DNA of 64,000 nt from Bugula neritina (taxonomy: Eukaryota; Animalia; Bryozoa): assembly GCA_964035545.1 (NCBI GenBank), contig OZ037766.1, positions 16,544,722-16,608,721 of the forward strand. The letters are read 5' to 3'. Each line of letters starts with the position of its first letter. The first letter of the stretch is position 1. Position numbers and translations under genes: made by a program. The notes under the pieces are model-generated. The model saw only the letters and a list, made by a program, of their open reading frames with translations. It did no database searches and had not been told where the DNA came from. This document shows, piece after piece, positions 35,783 to 47,800 of the stretch.

Positions 35783-36984
35783 GGGTTGCCTCCAGCACCC
35801 GAACCTCTGCTATAGACTCCAGTCAATAATTCAAAAGTTACACCTAAAACCTATCAAAATTAAGAGAAAATGCTCAAACTTTTTTTTATTTATAGATTAA
35901 TCATTATTTACAAGTGAAACAAACAACATTGCTTTTTTAACCATATTTTATACATACACTCATAGCTTAATATAACAATATTATTGTTGTCAGAGTACAA
36001 CACCATATACCTACCTACAATATTCTTTCAATAGCCTACTTCGTTTCACAAAAATTATGAGAACATATTAATAACTTTATTATAATTCTAGTATCACAGG
36101 TGAAAGATAAAAAAACCGAGTGCCTTCTTTGAAAAACTTCACTCGCATGTACAATAAAATTTTTACTATAATAAGATTTCTACACAACTTTTAACAACCA
36201 GACTGATTTGAAGCTTCTGTGAGTGAAAACAGTGTATCAAAACTTTAAGCTGCTACTATTTACTGTTATGACACAAAATTGTAAGTATAAAACGTAATTA
36301 TGTAATTAATGATTCTAGAAAAAATTAAATTAATTTAAAATTATAATACATGAAACAATTACACTTACAGCGCCTGCATTAAAACATTATAATTAGAGAA
36401 TTAATCAATGTTTTGATTTAATGCTGGTCAGCAGACTTAGTAAATTACTGCATTGTTAAAATTTATAACACCCAAATTTTGGTATGAGATGACGAATAGT
36501 AATCTAGTGGTAATTAAAAAGATACTCTAAATACTACTTCAAATAGTAAATAAAATACTTATAAAAATAATTGTAAACGTTCAGGTTATTAAAAATTATA
36601 AATGTAGTTTAACTCTATTAGTATTTAGCTATACCAACAACTTTCAATAATCATACTCAATTTGAAATTATTTAATGCCTAATGAATTGAAAACTGAAAC
36701 TTGATTTATAACTGAAATGATTATCACTTTGACACCTGGCAGTCACAGTGACTACCAATTACCATTGGGCTCGGTAAATACTGTTACCAATGGCGATAGT
36801 AATATATTATAGATTCACACTTCAAATTACTCTAACTATTATTATAATAAATTGTTACTAGTAATATTACTTGCAGCTGTTACTTGTACCCGTAGTATTA
36901 CTATTAAACAATTACTATTAGCATTAGCATTACTATTAGTTTTGATAGTTGCTACTAGCTAGTGCTACTAGTAGAACTTGTAAA

Positions 36985-38090
36985 TCACTAAATGTATGTT
37001 AAAGGCACATATGGAATATCTGGTGACATTAGTAGATGAACTAAGGAATGGCTGACAAATCGAGGACGAAGAGTTGTACATAATAATGCTGTTTCTGTAT
37101 GGGGTTCTGTAACAAGTGGAGTATCTCAAGGTTCAGTACTAGGTCCAATCCTATTCACAATATTTATTAATGTTTTAGACTGTAAATTAAACAATTCAGT
37201 TTTAGAATTTGCTGATGATGCAAAACTTTTTGGAGCAGCAGATAGTACTAGTTGCACTAAATTGTTGCAGGAAGATCTTAACACATTATGCACTTGGACA
37301 ACGGCTTGACAAATGTCTTTTAATGTAAAGAAATGTAAAGTGATTTATTATGAATATAATAACCCTCCTATCGAGTACCAGATGTATGATGCACCGCTTG
37401 CTTCTTCCAATGAAGAGAAAGATCTTGGAGTGAGTATTAAGCAAAATCTGAAGAGTGAAAGTCAAATTAGTTCATGTTTAGTAAAAACAAATAAGATATT
37501 AAGAATGATAAAAATGATTTTTAGCACTAGAAGAGTGGATTTCTTATTGAAACTAGTTTGACCACACTTAGAATATGCTGTCCCTGCCTGGTCTCCCAGT
37601 TTTTTTAAAGAACATTAAGTTTATTAAAGGAGTTCAGAGAAGATTTTACAAAATTAATATCATCAAACAAAGAGGAAGACTATGATCTACGTAGGAAAAG
37701 ACTGAAACTAGATAGCCTAGAAGTTAGAAGGATTAGATGTGACCTTATGCAAACTTTTAAGATGATAAAAAAATTATAAGACTTAGTTGATTTTACAAAA
37801 TTTTTCACATTGTAGAATGCTGAACGTTGCACATACCAGAGGACGCTCACTGAAGATCAGTAAACAGTATACAAGAACAAACAGTAGAAAACACTTTTTT
37901 TCCCCCCAAGAAGCAATTGATGTTTGAAACCCACTTCCTTGGACAACAATTGATGCTAATTCTGTACTTGCTTTTGAAAACCTATTAGGCATACATTTGC
38001 GTGCTACATTATGTTTATTGGGGTTAAATAAGCCACTGGCTTTTCATCTTAGCCCACTCTTACACGTTAAGAGAAGTGGGATACAGGTAA
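36985..38090 (+). mobile_element. 5'-truncated, degenerate CR1-clade LINE
   Basis: SGVSQGSVLGPILFTIFIN...FADDAKLF, MSFNVKKCKV, EKDLGV, PHLEYAVPAWSP, with stops and frameshifts. Confidence 0.9.
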
Positions 38091-38109
38091 AATTGTACTT
38101 GTGCCCTTG

Positions 38110-38470
38110 TAGTCTACTAGTGACTACTGCTACTACTACTAGTACTACTTCTCTAAGTTATAACTTATATTTATAAATATAAGTAAACTAAAACTTATAC
38201 TAAGTCTAATAGTAATACTTAAAACTTCAACAATAACTATAAGTATTAAGTATAGCATCAATTTATATGAGTTATACTTATAACAAAGTTACCATCGAAA
38301 TCGATATTCCTGCTACTCAGCTACTGCTAGTACTAGTAGTACTAGTAAGTTAAAGTAGTAGTTACTACTTACTACTACTAGTATTACTACTAGTACTAGA
38401 CCTAGTACTAGTAGTAGTACTAGTAGTACTACTACTAGTTAGTACTTAGTAGACGTAGTACTAGTTATGG
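38110..38470. repeat. Low-complexity (TAG/TAC)n tract
   Basis: Seen directly. Confidence 0.85.
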
Positions 38471-39199
38471 TTTCAGGTTGCTCAAACTAAAACTAATTAA
38501 ATCTCATCAGTCATCCCACTTGCTAATATCGAGAGTCGTCGTGATTATCAGATGACCCAGCTGAAGTTATTACACTCAACTAGCATACTATTATTTATAT
38601 TATCTAGGGTGCTAGTCGTAGATGACAATGTGATAAGGGAAGTCAATCATGTTGATTTCTAAAGGTCGCTCTGATTCATTTCTGAGTTCTAATATTTTAA
38701 GAGTGGACTCGCGATAAAAGTTTAGACTATGTAACCACAGGTCACGTTGTATGTAATCATTAGGCAATGTAATTATAATACGCGAATGTGATTCTAGTTC
38801 AGTGTTCATAGAAGTGGTTTTCTTCTAGTGTATAACCATCGAACTCAATAATATCTTTTCCAGCTCAGTGTGTATAACACTCAAACTTTCAAACTATACT
38901 TTTGGCGAGCTGTGATAATACAATCTTAGGCTATAAAAATTTACTGAATAAATTAATTTTGCTAGAAACAACCCCAAGTTGGGGGTGACTAGGCGTAGAA
39001 TTTGTATAAACATCGTTGTCCAAACTCTAAGCCCCCAACTCTAATCGAGACCTCCGAACCAATGCACTCAGTGACTACCAAATCGGTGCGGCTTTCAGCA
39101 ATTTTTGAATAAGCGTATAAATTTGCAGTTGCACTACCGCTACGAATGGAGTTGAAGTAATGACTATTGACAGCTGATACCCATCTAAATTTATATCTT

Positions 39200-39820
39200 A
39201 ATATATTACGGTCTATTAGTATTACTATTGGTTATTACCTATCAATATTTAGTTATTAATTTTAATATGATTTGTATTACAATTATAACTGAGAACTTAT
39301 TAAACTAAATGTAATCATTAGTAATGCTTATACAACTTATGTCTTATACTAATACTTAATCTTATACTATAGTTATAGTTATACAGTTATACTTATAGTT
39401 ATAGTTATACATATTGATATAGTTTAACTTTAAGTTATAGTAGTACTAGTTATACTTACAGTTAATGTTATAATTATACTTGAAGTTAATCTTATAATAA
39501 TATCACTTATAGTTATACTTATACTATAGTAAATGTTATACTTATACTATAAGAATAAGTTATACTTATAGTCATACTTATATTTATACTTATACTTATA
39601 GACTATCAGTATCACTATGACTATGAGTATCAGTATGACTATAGACATAGTTATAGTTTAAGTTATAGTATAACTATTAGTTAAACTTATTGTTAATCAT
39701 AATGATGAATTCATAAACATAATGATAATCTTAAAGTTAATCATAATCATAATGACTTAAAGTTAATCAGTTAAACTTGATGGTATACTAATAGTAATAG
39801 TAATACTAATTCTAATAGTA
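39200..39820. repeat. Low-complexity (TTATAC/TTATAG/TAA)n tract
   Basis: Seen directly. Confidence 0.85.
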
Positions 39821-39825
39821 AGGGT

Positions 39826-40048
39826 AGGCCTACAGGTCATTTCGTACACAGGTCGTTTCGTAAGCTAAATGGTCGTTTCGTACACAAGCTACTGTACACA
39901 AATGACAAAAGAAATGATGAATTAACCGCAAACTCAAATAATAAATAAATATTAAAAAATATGTATTTTAGTTAATTTATATTGATGTGTATGAAATGAC
40001 TTGAAAAAATGGGTAAGAAACGACTTGTCTTTGAAATAACCTGCACCC
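39826..40048. mobile_element. MITE-like element with inverted subterminal repeats
   Basis: Three GGTCRTTTCGTA repeats on the left and degenerate inverted copies (GAAATGACTT, GAAACGACTT, GAAATAACCTG) on the right. Confidence 0.45.
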
Positions 40049-40139
40049 AATTATACTCATAGCAACAGCAAAACTAAATCATTTAGTTTTGCTGTTACTA
40101 TAAATATAATTATTAGTATCACTGTTAGTATTTTTGGGC

Positions 40140-40350
40140 AGATGGGGGCTCATTAGTCTTGGAAAACAGCTCATTTAGGAGAAGGAAAACTCTGATCTCA
40201 AACCTCCGCTGCCTTGCAGCAGTACCCGACCAAGGGAAAGGCTTAGAGAGTAAACCCCTAGGACAAATCAAGAGTTGAAGCCCCTAAGGCAGTTCATGGT
40301 TTACAACCTTGCTCTGGCAGCTTCTGTGACAGCACTGGTGCCAAACTGTA
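40140..40350 (+). mobile_element. Probable RTE-type LINE 5' UTR relic
   Basis: GGAGAAGGAAAACTCTGA..AAACCTCCGCTGCCTTGC..GTAAACCCC resembles RTE 5' leaders as I recall them; no coding support. Confidence 0.35.
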
Positions 40351-41686
40351 ACAGCTCTGCTGTTCCATTGGATACGCCAGCAACATGGAGAGGGGGGGAC
40401 AAGTTATACGGGCAACAGCCTGTCCTCTATATGATAAATACCCAGACATACACAGGGACACCATCGCACTGGAGAGCATACCACCAACAGACCAGAGTCT
40501 ACATACAAATGTTACCTTTGCAACAAAGACGTCATTCACGCATTGGTCTACAGTACTACTATTAGTAGTGGTTCTACAGTATTTAATTTCTCACCTTTCT
40601 AATCTAGATAGCTGTAGTCCTGTATGGATAGCCGTTCTCTAAACTCAACCAATAGGTGCCATATGGCCCAGCTGTGGTTACCCTTGTGTTTAAGGTCTCA
40701 AAGATTTGATGTCAAATTGGATCGTATTTTCCCCATCTCTTTTGGGGTCTTCCTCTTCTCTACTTACCCGAAAATGCAATTTGTAATTATTGACATGTCG
40801 TATACTCTCATTTCCATACTCGCTGCAAGCCTCTTCTTTTCATGTGTATAAACTTTCTTTCACCCTGAGTTGGTTTCTGATCTCAGCATTCTTATGTGTT
40901 CGGCATTGCTAAGCCCATATCTGCAAAAATAGATGTAAATACTGTTGGTGCTATCTTATCTTTCCTTGTAATATTTTCATACAGAACATGGGCTGAGTGG
41001 TGGATTTACTTTTTGAAACCCATGATGTCTCAAAAAAATTTAAGCCATATCTCTCAGTTTTGCCAGACTAGTAATATTATATTGTCGCAGCAAAATTTTT
41101 TGTCAGCTAAGGTGTTCCTATTTATTTCCATAATGATGATTATCATTTAGATCTCTTTAACTTAATCTCATTTTGCAGTGAAAATATGTGATTTTTTTCT
41201 AGTATTTGGTGTGATTTTTAAATTCACAAAGCTTGTAATTCTGCCATCCAGTATGTTTCCTATGCTATTTAAAGGCCTGAGATTTACTCATTTTGCTCTA
41301 CATAGAGTTATGTGCACCAGACAAAGAAGCTGTTTAGTATAAAATGGCAAAAGTGTCTTTCAAATGCGTTATCCAAGGTTAAATAGTACCTTTTTGAAAA
41401 CTATGTTTTCATATTTAGAAAGAGAATGTTTGCAGTCTATAATATGTCATGTTGATTAAAATAAGTAAATTCTGAGCTTTCTAATGATACTAAACTGTGA
41501 TAGGTGGCACATTTGCATACTATTTGTCATCAAATTGGTGCTGTTTATGTTTCGATATATTACTTCGTCTATAACGGTATTTTTAGTTTGTATATGTATT
41601 AGCTAGTTTTGTTTTAAATAAAACATTTGCGTTTTGTTTTGTAGTAAATTAAGAATGGAATGAATTTATCTCTCAAAGCTATGGTA

Positions 41687-44397
41687 ATGGGTTGCATATG
41701 TGGAAAAGAATCTATTGTTGTTGAAAACCAGGTGTACAATGTGAAGTCTAGGCTTGGTGAAGGGTAATACAAATAATGTTTTGTAGTTTTATGTAGTGTT
41801 GATTTAGAGTTTTTTTCCATCAATTTACAAAATAATTTGCTAAGTTATTTTGCTGTTACTTTTAATTAATCTTAGCTGTAAATTTTTTCAGGGGATTCAG
41901 TTATGTGGACTTGGTGACCCATTCCCGTACACACAAACCTTATGCGTTGAAACGAATTCTGTGTCACTCGACAGAAGATGAATTAAGATTTTTAAGTGAA
42001 GTAGAATATATGCGACAGTTTCGAGATCATTCCAATATTATTTCATTGGAAGGAAGTGAGACTGTCTCAGTGCGGAATCCAACTTCCAGTATCATTAGCA
42101 AAATTCTTATTCTGATGCCATTTTATTCTGTAAGTTTTAGCAATGATGTTTAACCATCTGTTCAAAAATATGGATATAACTGTGAAGTGTGTGTATTCGA
42201 ATTTTGTAATTATCTCGTCTTAGATTGGTTATACAAATAAGTGCTATAAGCAATAAAATAAGTATAACTGCAGCTTAACTTGAGAATTTTGGTAAAATTG
42301 TCAACATAAAACTATGTGTAGTCTAACCCATAACTGTAAAACTCTGTGTAGTCTAACTATAATGCCTAGCCTCTAACACATAACTATAATGTTATTTATG
42401 TAGCGAGGAACATTGCAAGATCGGATAGACTCAGGTCAACATTTGAGTCAGTTAGATTTACTGGCTATACTGAGTGATGTCTGTGCTGCAGTAAGATCTT
42501 TTCATGAGAGTAAACCCATGTTAGCCCACAGGTTAGTATGAGAATGTTGTATTCTTGAGTAGAAAGGATAATTTATGTAGATATCATACAATGTAGTATA
42601 TTTGAAGTCCAGAAAAATACAATTAGCATCAGAGAAAATTCACTGTTTATATACAAAATATTACATAGCTTTTCAGTGATAGCCGGTCATAATACAAAAT
42701 TATAATAGATGCTTCATGGCTATATGGCTATATACTATATGGCTATATGGCTATATGGCTTTATGGTATGATATAATTCTCATAGTCAGGGCTGTAGCAG
42801 CATCCGTGGCATATGTAACAGAGAACTAATATTTCATTCGGATTATGAACAATTTACCATTTGCAAATTTGTCGACTCAAGATTTTGTATGCATGAATCT
42901 AGTAAAGAGTGCGCGTAATTTTGCTGGTCACAAAAATAAATGTGTTAAAGTTAAATTTGCTAATTGGACAACTCCTTATTTGATAAAAGCTTTTTACAGT
43001 TATTGCTAATTATAAACAATAGCAAGGCCTCTTTTAATCAACTGATTACACTGTTTTAACTCCTGAAATATCAAGCATCCAGTTAAGCTAAGCGGATACA
43101 TGAACTCTCTCCAAATGAGCAATTGAATAAATTAAAATGTATGAATATGAGAGAAAATTTGTAAGTGTCAAGTAATATTTGCTACCAAAAGTTGATAACT
43201 ATGGCAAAAGTTTGTTTCATTTGTTTTAGAGACATAAAGCCTGCTAATATATTACTAACAGATGAAGGTGGTGCTGTGTTGATGGACTTAGGTTCTGTGG
43301 ACAAGGCAATTTGTCATGCCAAGAATTCTAGAGAAGGTCAGCGGATACAAGATGATGCTGCCGAGAGATGCACGATGCCGTACCGAGCTCCTGAACTGTT
43401 TAATGTGCAAACAGATGATGTCATCACTGAGGCTACAGATATCTGGGTCAGTATTAGAGTTCTTAGCTCAGTTACATGTTTCATCAGGTGATGCATATTA
43501 GCACTATTATGTTATTAGAAATATATAAATTGTTACATCTGCTAAATTACAGTTACCAATTTTTTGTATAGTATTATCTCTATAAGTTTCATCTTTAAAA
43601 TAATGTCTTCATATATTTTTAGTCTCTGGGTTGTTTGATTTATGCATGTATATACCTGCAAGGACCATTTGATGAGGTGTACGCTAAAGGTGGCAGCATT
43701 GCATTAGCAGCTGTGGGAGGAAATGTAGAATACCCAGACCAATTAAAGTAAGCATTCTCGAACTTTTAATTTCTGAACTTGCCCTCAAGTAATCTCCTAT
43801 TCACAGATATATTAGCTATCTTCTAATGGAATTTCAGGGTTGTATGCTCAAGTAAATAAGTTTTGTAATGAATGGTCATCAATAAGTGAACAGAAATCCG
43901 AAATTAATTCAAGAACAAAGTTTATTACAAAGCCATTTTTTGACACGCAACCCTGAAACTGTGTTTAGCCAATATTGAATGTATTTGTGGGTATTTTAAT
44001 ATTGCATAAATGCGACTTGTCCAAGATTTCTTAATGTGATAACACAACTCCAAAAATGTTCAGTTTACACACAGTTGCTAAAATTATAGCCATCATTATT
44101 AAATGTATTATACCCTGCTCTGATGGCCTGCTACAAATATTTATTTAACATAGACTTAGGTAATGTAGATGCAATTTTGTTTGCCATAGAATCTATGGTT
44201 TATTCAACATCTAAAAGCCAATTTGTGAGCAAATAGAGAAAGGCCTATTATTGCTACTTGAAATTTGCAGGTTTTCCTACAGACTAGTCGAGCTGGTGAA
44301 GTCGATGCTAGTTCTACAGGCAGAAAGCAGACCTTCTATAGACATAGTTAGTGATAAGTTGGAGACAATACAGCACCATCTAGAGAACCGAGTATAG
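41687..44397 (+). CDS. STK16: Serine/threonine-protein kinase 16 (NAK family), 6 exons
   Basis: Exons 41687-41763, 41892-42129, 42404-42531, 43230-43446, 43623-43747, 44271-44397. Motifs MGCICGK, LGEGGFSYV, YALKRILCH, AHRDIKPAN, MDLGS, AAERCTMPYRAPELF. In-frame upstream ATGs at 41660 and 41681. Confidence 0.93.
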
Positions 44398-44826
44398 TAG
44401 CTCTAAGTAAACTATTTTATGTAAGATATAGATCAATAAGGAATCTCTCCTCTGCGGCATTCATTCAGTGTTTTCAAAATGGCAATAATTTTGTATTGAT
44501 ATCTAAGTTTTTATTATAATGTTGCATATTTTATTGTTATATATATTTTTAAGAAACCATTATACAACAAATTAGGCTGAATAATTTAGTTTATCACATA
44601 TATGTACCATTATTTATTTTTTTCATACAGTACATATTTTATAACAGTGAAAATGGCAGTTAAAATAAACCAATAGTATTCTTCACTAAAGGTGTATGAT
44701 TATATCACTAATATATTATAAATATTGCAAATGTCATTAACCTATAAACTACACTTTTGACTTCAGATGTTCGACACAATTGGGGTACTTATTGAATGTC
44801 GTATAATATATGTACTACAAGGTGAT

Positions 44827-47800
44827 TCAGTCAGCATCCATTTGCTCATCTTGATCACTGTCTAATTCTGGTACATCACCTACAAGTTCACCTAATAAAC
44901 ATTACTTTTAATCAATTCAAAGGAGTAAGATTATTATACTATAATTACAGGAATTCTGGTTAAATAAATCATGCAACTGCAGCATAGCAACTTATACTTA
45001 TTAGTAACATAATTACCTTGTTCGGTCAGTGAACTCAATTCTTCTAGCAATTCAGCAACATGACTTAGCAAATCTTTATCTTCATAATCCATTTTTTCAG
45101 ATAACTAAACATATTCATCAAAGCAAATTAATTTTCTATGTTTACAAAACTGGTGCTCAGCTAGTACTTATTTGCTAGGTAACTCAGAAACTGTTTTCAG
45201 TACCTTCTGTAACCATTACCTGGGCATGTTGCAGTATGTTTGAATACAGTTATTCAAGTACTGATATAAATGGTCAGTATTTACAACATTTAATGTTCCT
45301 TGTACTAAACATGGCATCGAAAATTTTGTACTAGTAATACTATAATAAGTATGTTGATACTTATTAATTAGCAATACAAGGGAACGATAATGATAAATTA
45401 TTGTAATAGTGATGAAAATAATTATAATAAAAATAGGGACTAAGCAAATTTAAAGTATATCCTGTACTTGGCAACTTTCTGAATACTGGATAAATCACTT
45501 GAATTTTTAGGACTGCAGTGAGTTTGAATTTTTGCAGAACTGTACTTTTTGTCATCCCAATTAATTTGATTAAAATAAAATGACGTCACTTTAAAAAATG
45601 AGCAAATACAAGTTTAAATTTAAAATTCCCCAACTGCACAATTTAAATTTCAACAGAAAAGATTATTCATTGCTAATTTAAAAACAAATTTTTAAATATA
45701 ATATAAATTTAGCATTTGCACTTGTAATTAAGTTATTAATTAAAATACTACTATTTACAATAATTAAATGACGTTTTTGATAGCATTGTAGCATAAATTT
45801 ACATTTATTCTAATGTGAGCATTTAATTATAGAAAGACCACTTTACCTTATCTAGTACACACTGAAAATCTTCACGTTTTGCCAATTTTAAAAAATTCTA
45901 CTTGCTAATGTTTTGCTTAAAATTGATGAAGCTATAAAACAAATAAAGCCAATTAATTGCCTATTTTTCGACTTTTTCTTTACTTTCTGCATTTTTTAGC
46001 TAAATGCTTAGTAAAAAACATAGGTCGCTGAGATGATTTTTGCATCATGGTTAAACCCTGTATGTAATTATCAAAATACTGTTAAACCATATAATTTTAT
46101 GAATCTGCAAATAATCTTACAAATGTTTTCACTCCGTAGCCACAATATTATAAGCCAAATATATTTCTCCAACTACGTCTGTCACCAGATTATTGTTTGA
46201 GAATATGACAATGAGCTTTATTTGTGCAGGACCCCTCTTGACCTTTCTCCCTATATATACTTTAAATCAGCATTATATAAAAATCCTACCAAATTTTCAT
46301 TAATTCTGAACCAATTTTAATTTTTGTTCGGAATTTGCCGGTGTGCTATAACTACAGTATAAAATAAGCCAGATATTATAAATAAACTCAAAATGTCGCA
46401 ATCAATTTGCTGAAGTTCATTAATTAATTACAAACATTATATGTGCTGGGGCACACATCTGCTACTAAGAGCTAACTTAGTTCCAACTGCGTAATGCTGT
46501 AGAATATTGTAGGTGAACAATACTTACTTCATGGCATCTTTCTAAGTAATATTTAGCAGTCAGCTTGTAGTCATCACCTTGCAAATAATTTGCCCAGCCA
46601 ATCAAGTACCAGACCTACAAGCATTTTGAATAGCAACTCATGTCAATTCTTTGTCTAAGTAATTCAAAGACAAGCTAAACAACAATAATAATTGAATGGA
46701 GCATTTACATGGAACAGAGACATAGAGAAGTTACTCACATCTAATACAGTATCATCTTGGTCAAGGAGCAGCTCCAATACTTCAGTGGCACTCTATAAAT
46801 AGATGTAGGGATATGTTAACAAGATGCTGTACCCAATCTACTACTTACGATATATACTGATGACTTGAAATGGTCAAGTTTAGTTTATTGAACAGCTACC
46901 AACAAAATGCAGATTTGTAATCAGAAGCAAAATTATATGTTAAATTCATAACAATCCTTTAAATTTTAAAATTAGATAATTGAATTCTTTTTCAGGGCAT
47001 ATGCTGTGAAGTTTGCCCAGAAACTTACTTAAAGACTAATACATAATATTTTATATAAATCTACGAAGCATTTGTAGATAATATAATACAAGTGTATATC
47101 AAAAGTTTGCTGTACTATGCCAAATAATAAAAAAATCAAAGCATTATTAATGATTATTATTTCAGTTAGTACTAATCATAAAAAAAAATTATCAACTAGA
47201 ATTTGTGTAAATTGCAAAAAACTAAATTGTTGAGAACTGTGAAAGTTGAAACCTGATGAGCTGCAGTATATGCAACCCTCAACAGCCTTGAGACCAACTA
47301 ATCAACATACATTATACTCCTCAACTTCAATCAGAGTCTTGGCAGCTTTAAGTTGTGCCTCAGGAGATATTGGTATACAGTCTATTGGGTCAGCAACAGG
47401 TGCTGCCTCGGCACCACCCTCCATCTCCTCTTCATCAGCTACTAGTCCTTTCGCACTCGGCAACCACAATGATAAGCTTTTGTTTATAAAAGTTTTGGCT
47501 TCCTAAAAAAAATTATTGAAATTATTATAACATGAAGATAAAAATCAGACTCAATGAATGGCGGTTTTGTGAAAATGTTTTCTATAATTCAACACATGCA
47601 ATATGTGACTGTAAATACAACTAAATATAAAAATAAAGACCAATTATTTATTACTAAGGAAACTGTAGAAGAGTTGGAATAGTTGACTCTTCCAGAAAGT
47701 GACGAATAAAAGTGAGAAGCTGCAGTCATACCAGAATCATCTTCATGAGAAGAATGTAAGAATAACCTGGTGGAAACTCAGGAGTGTTTTACAACCCAAA

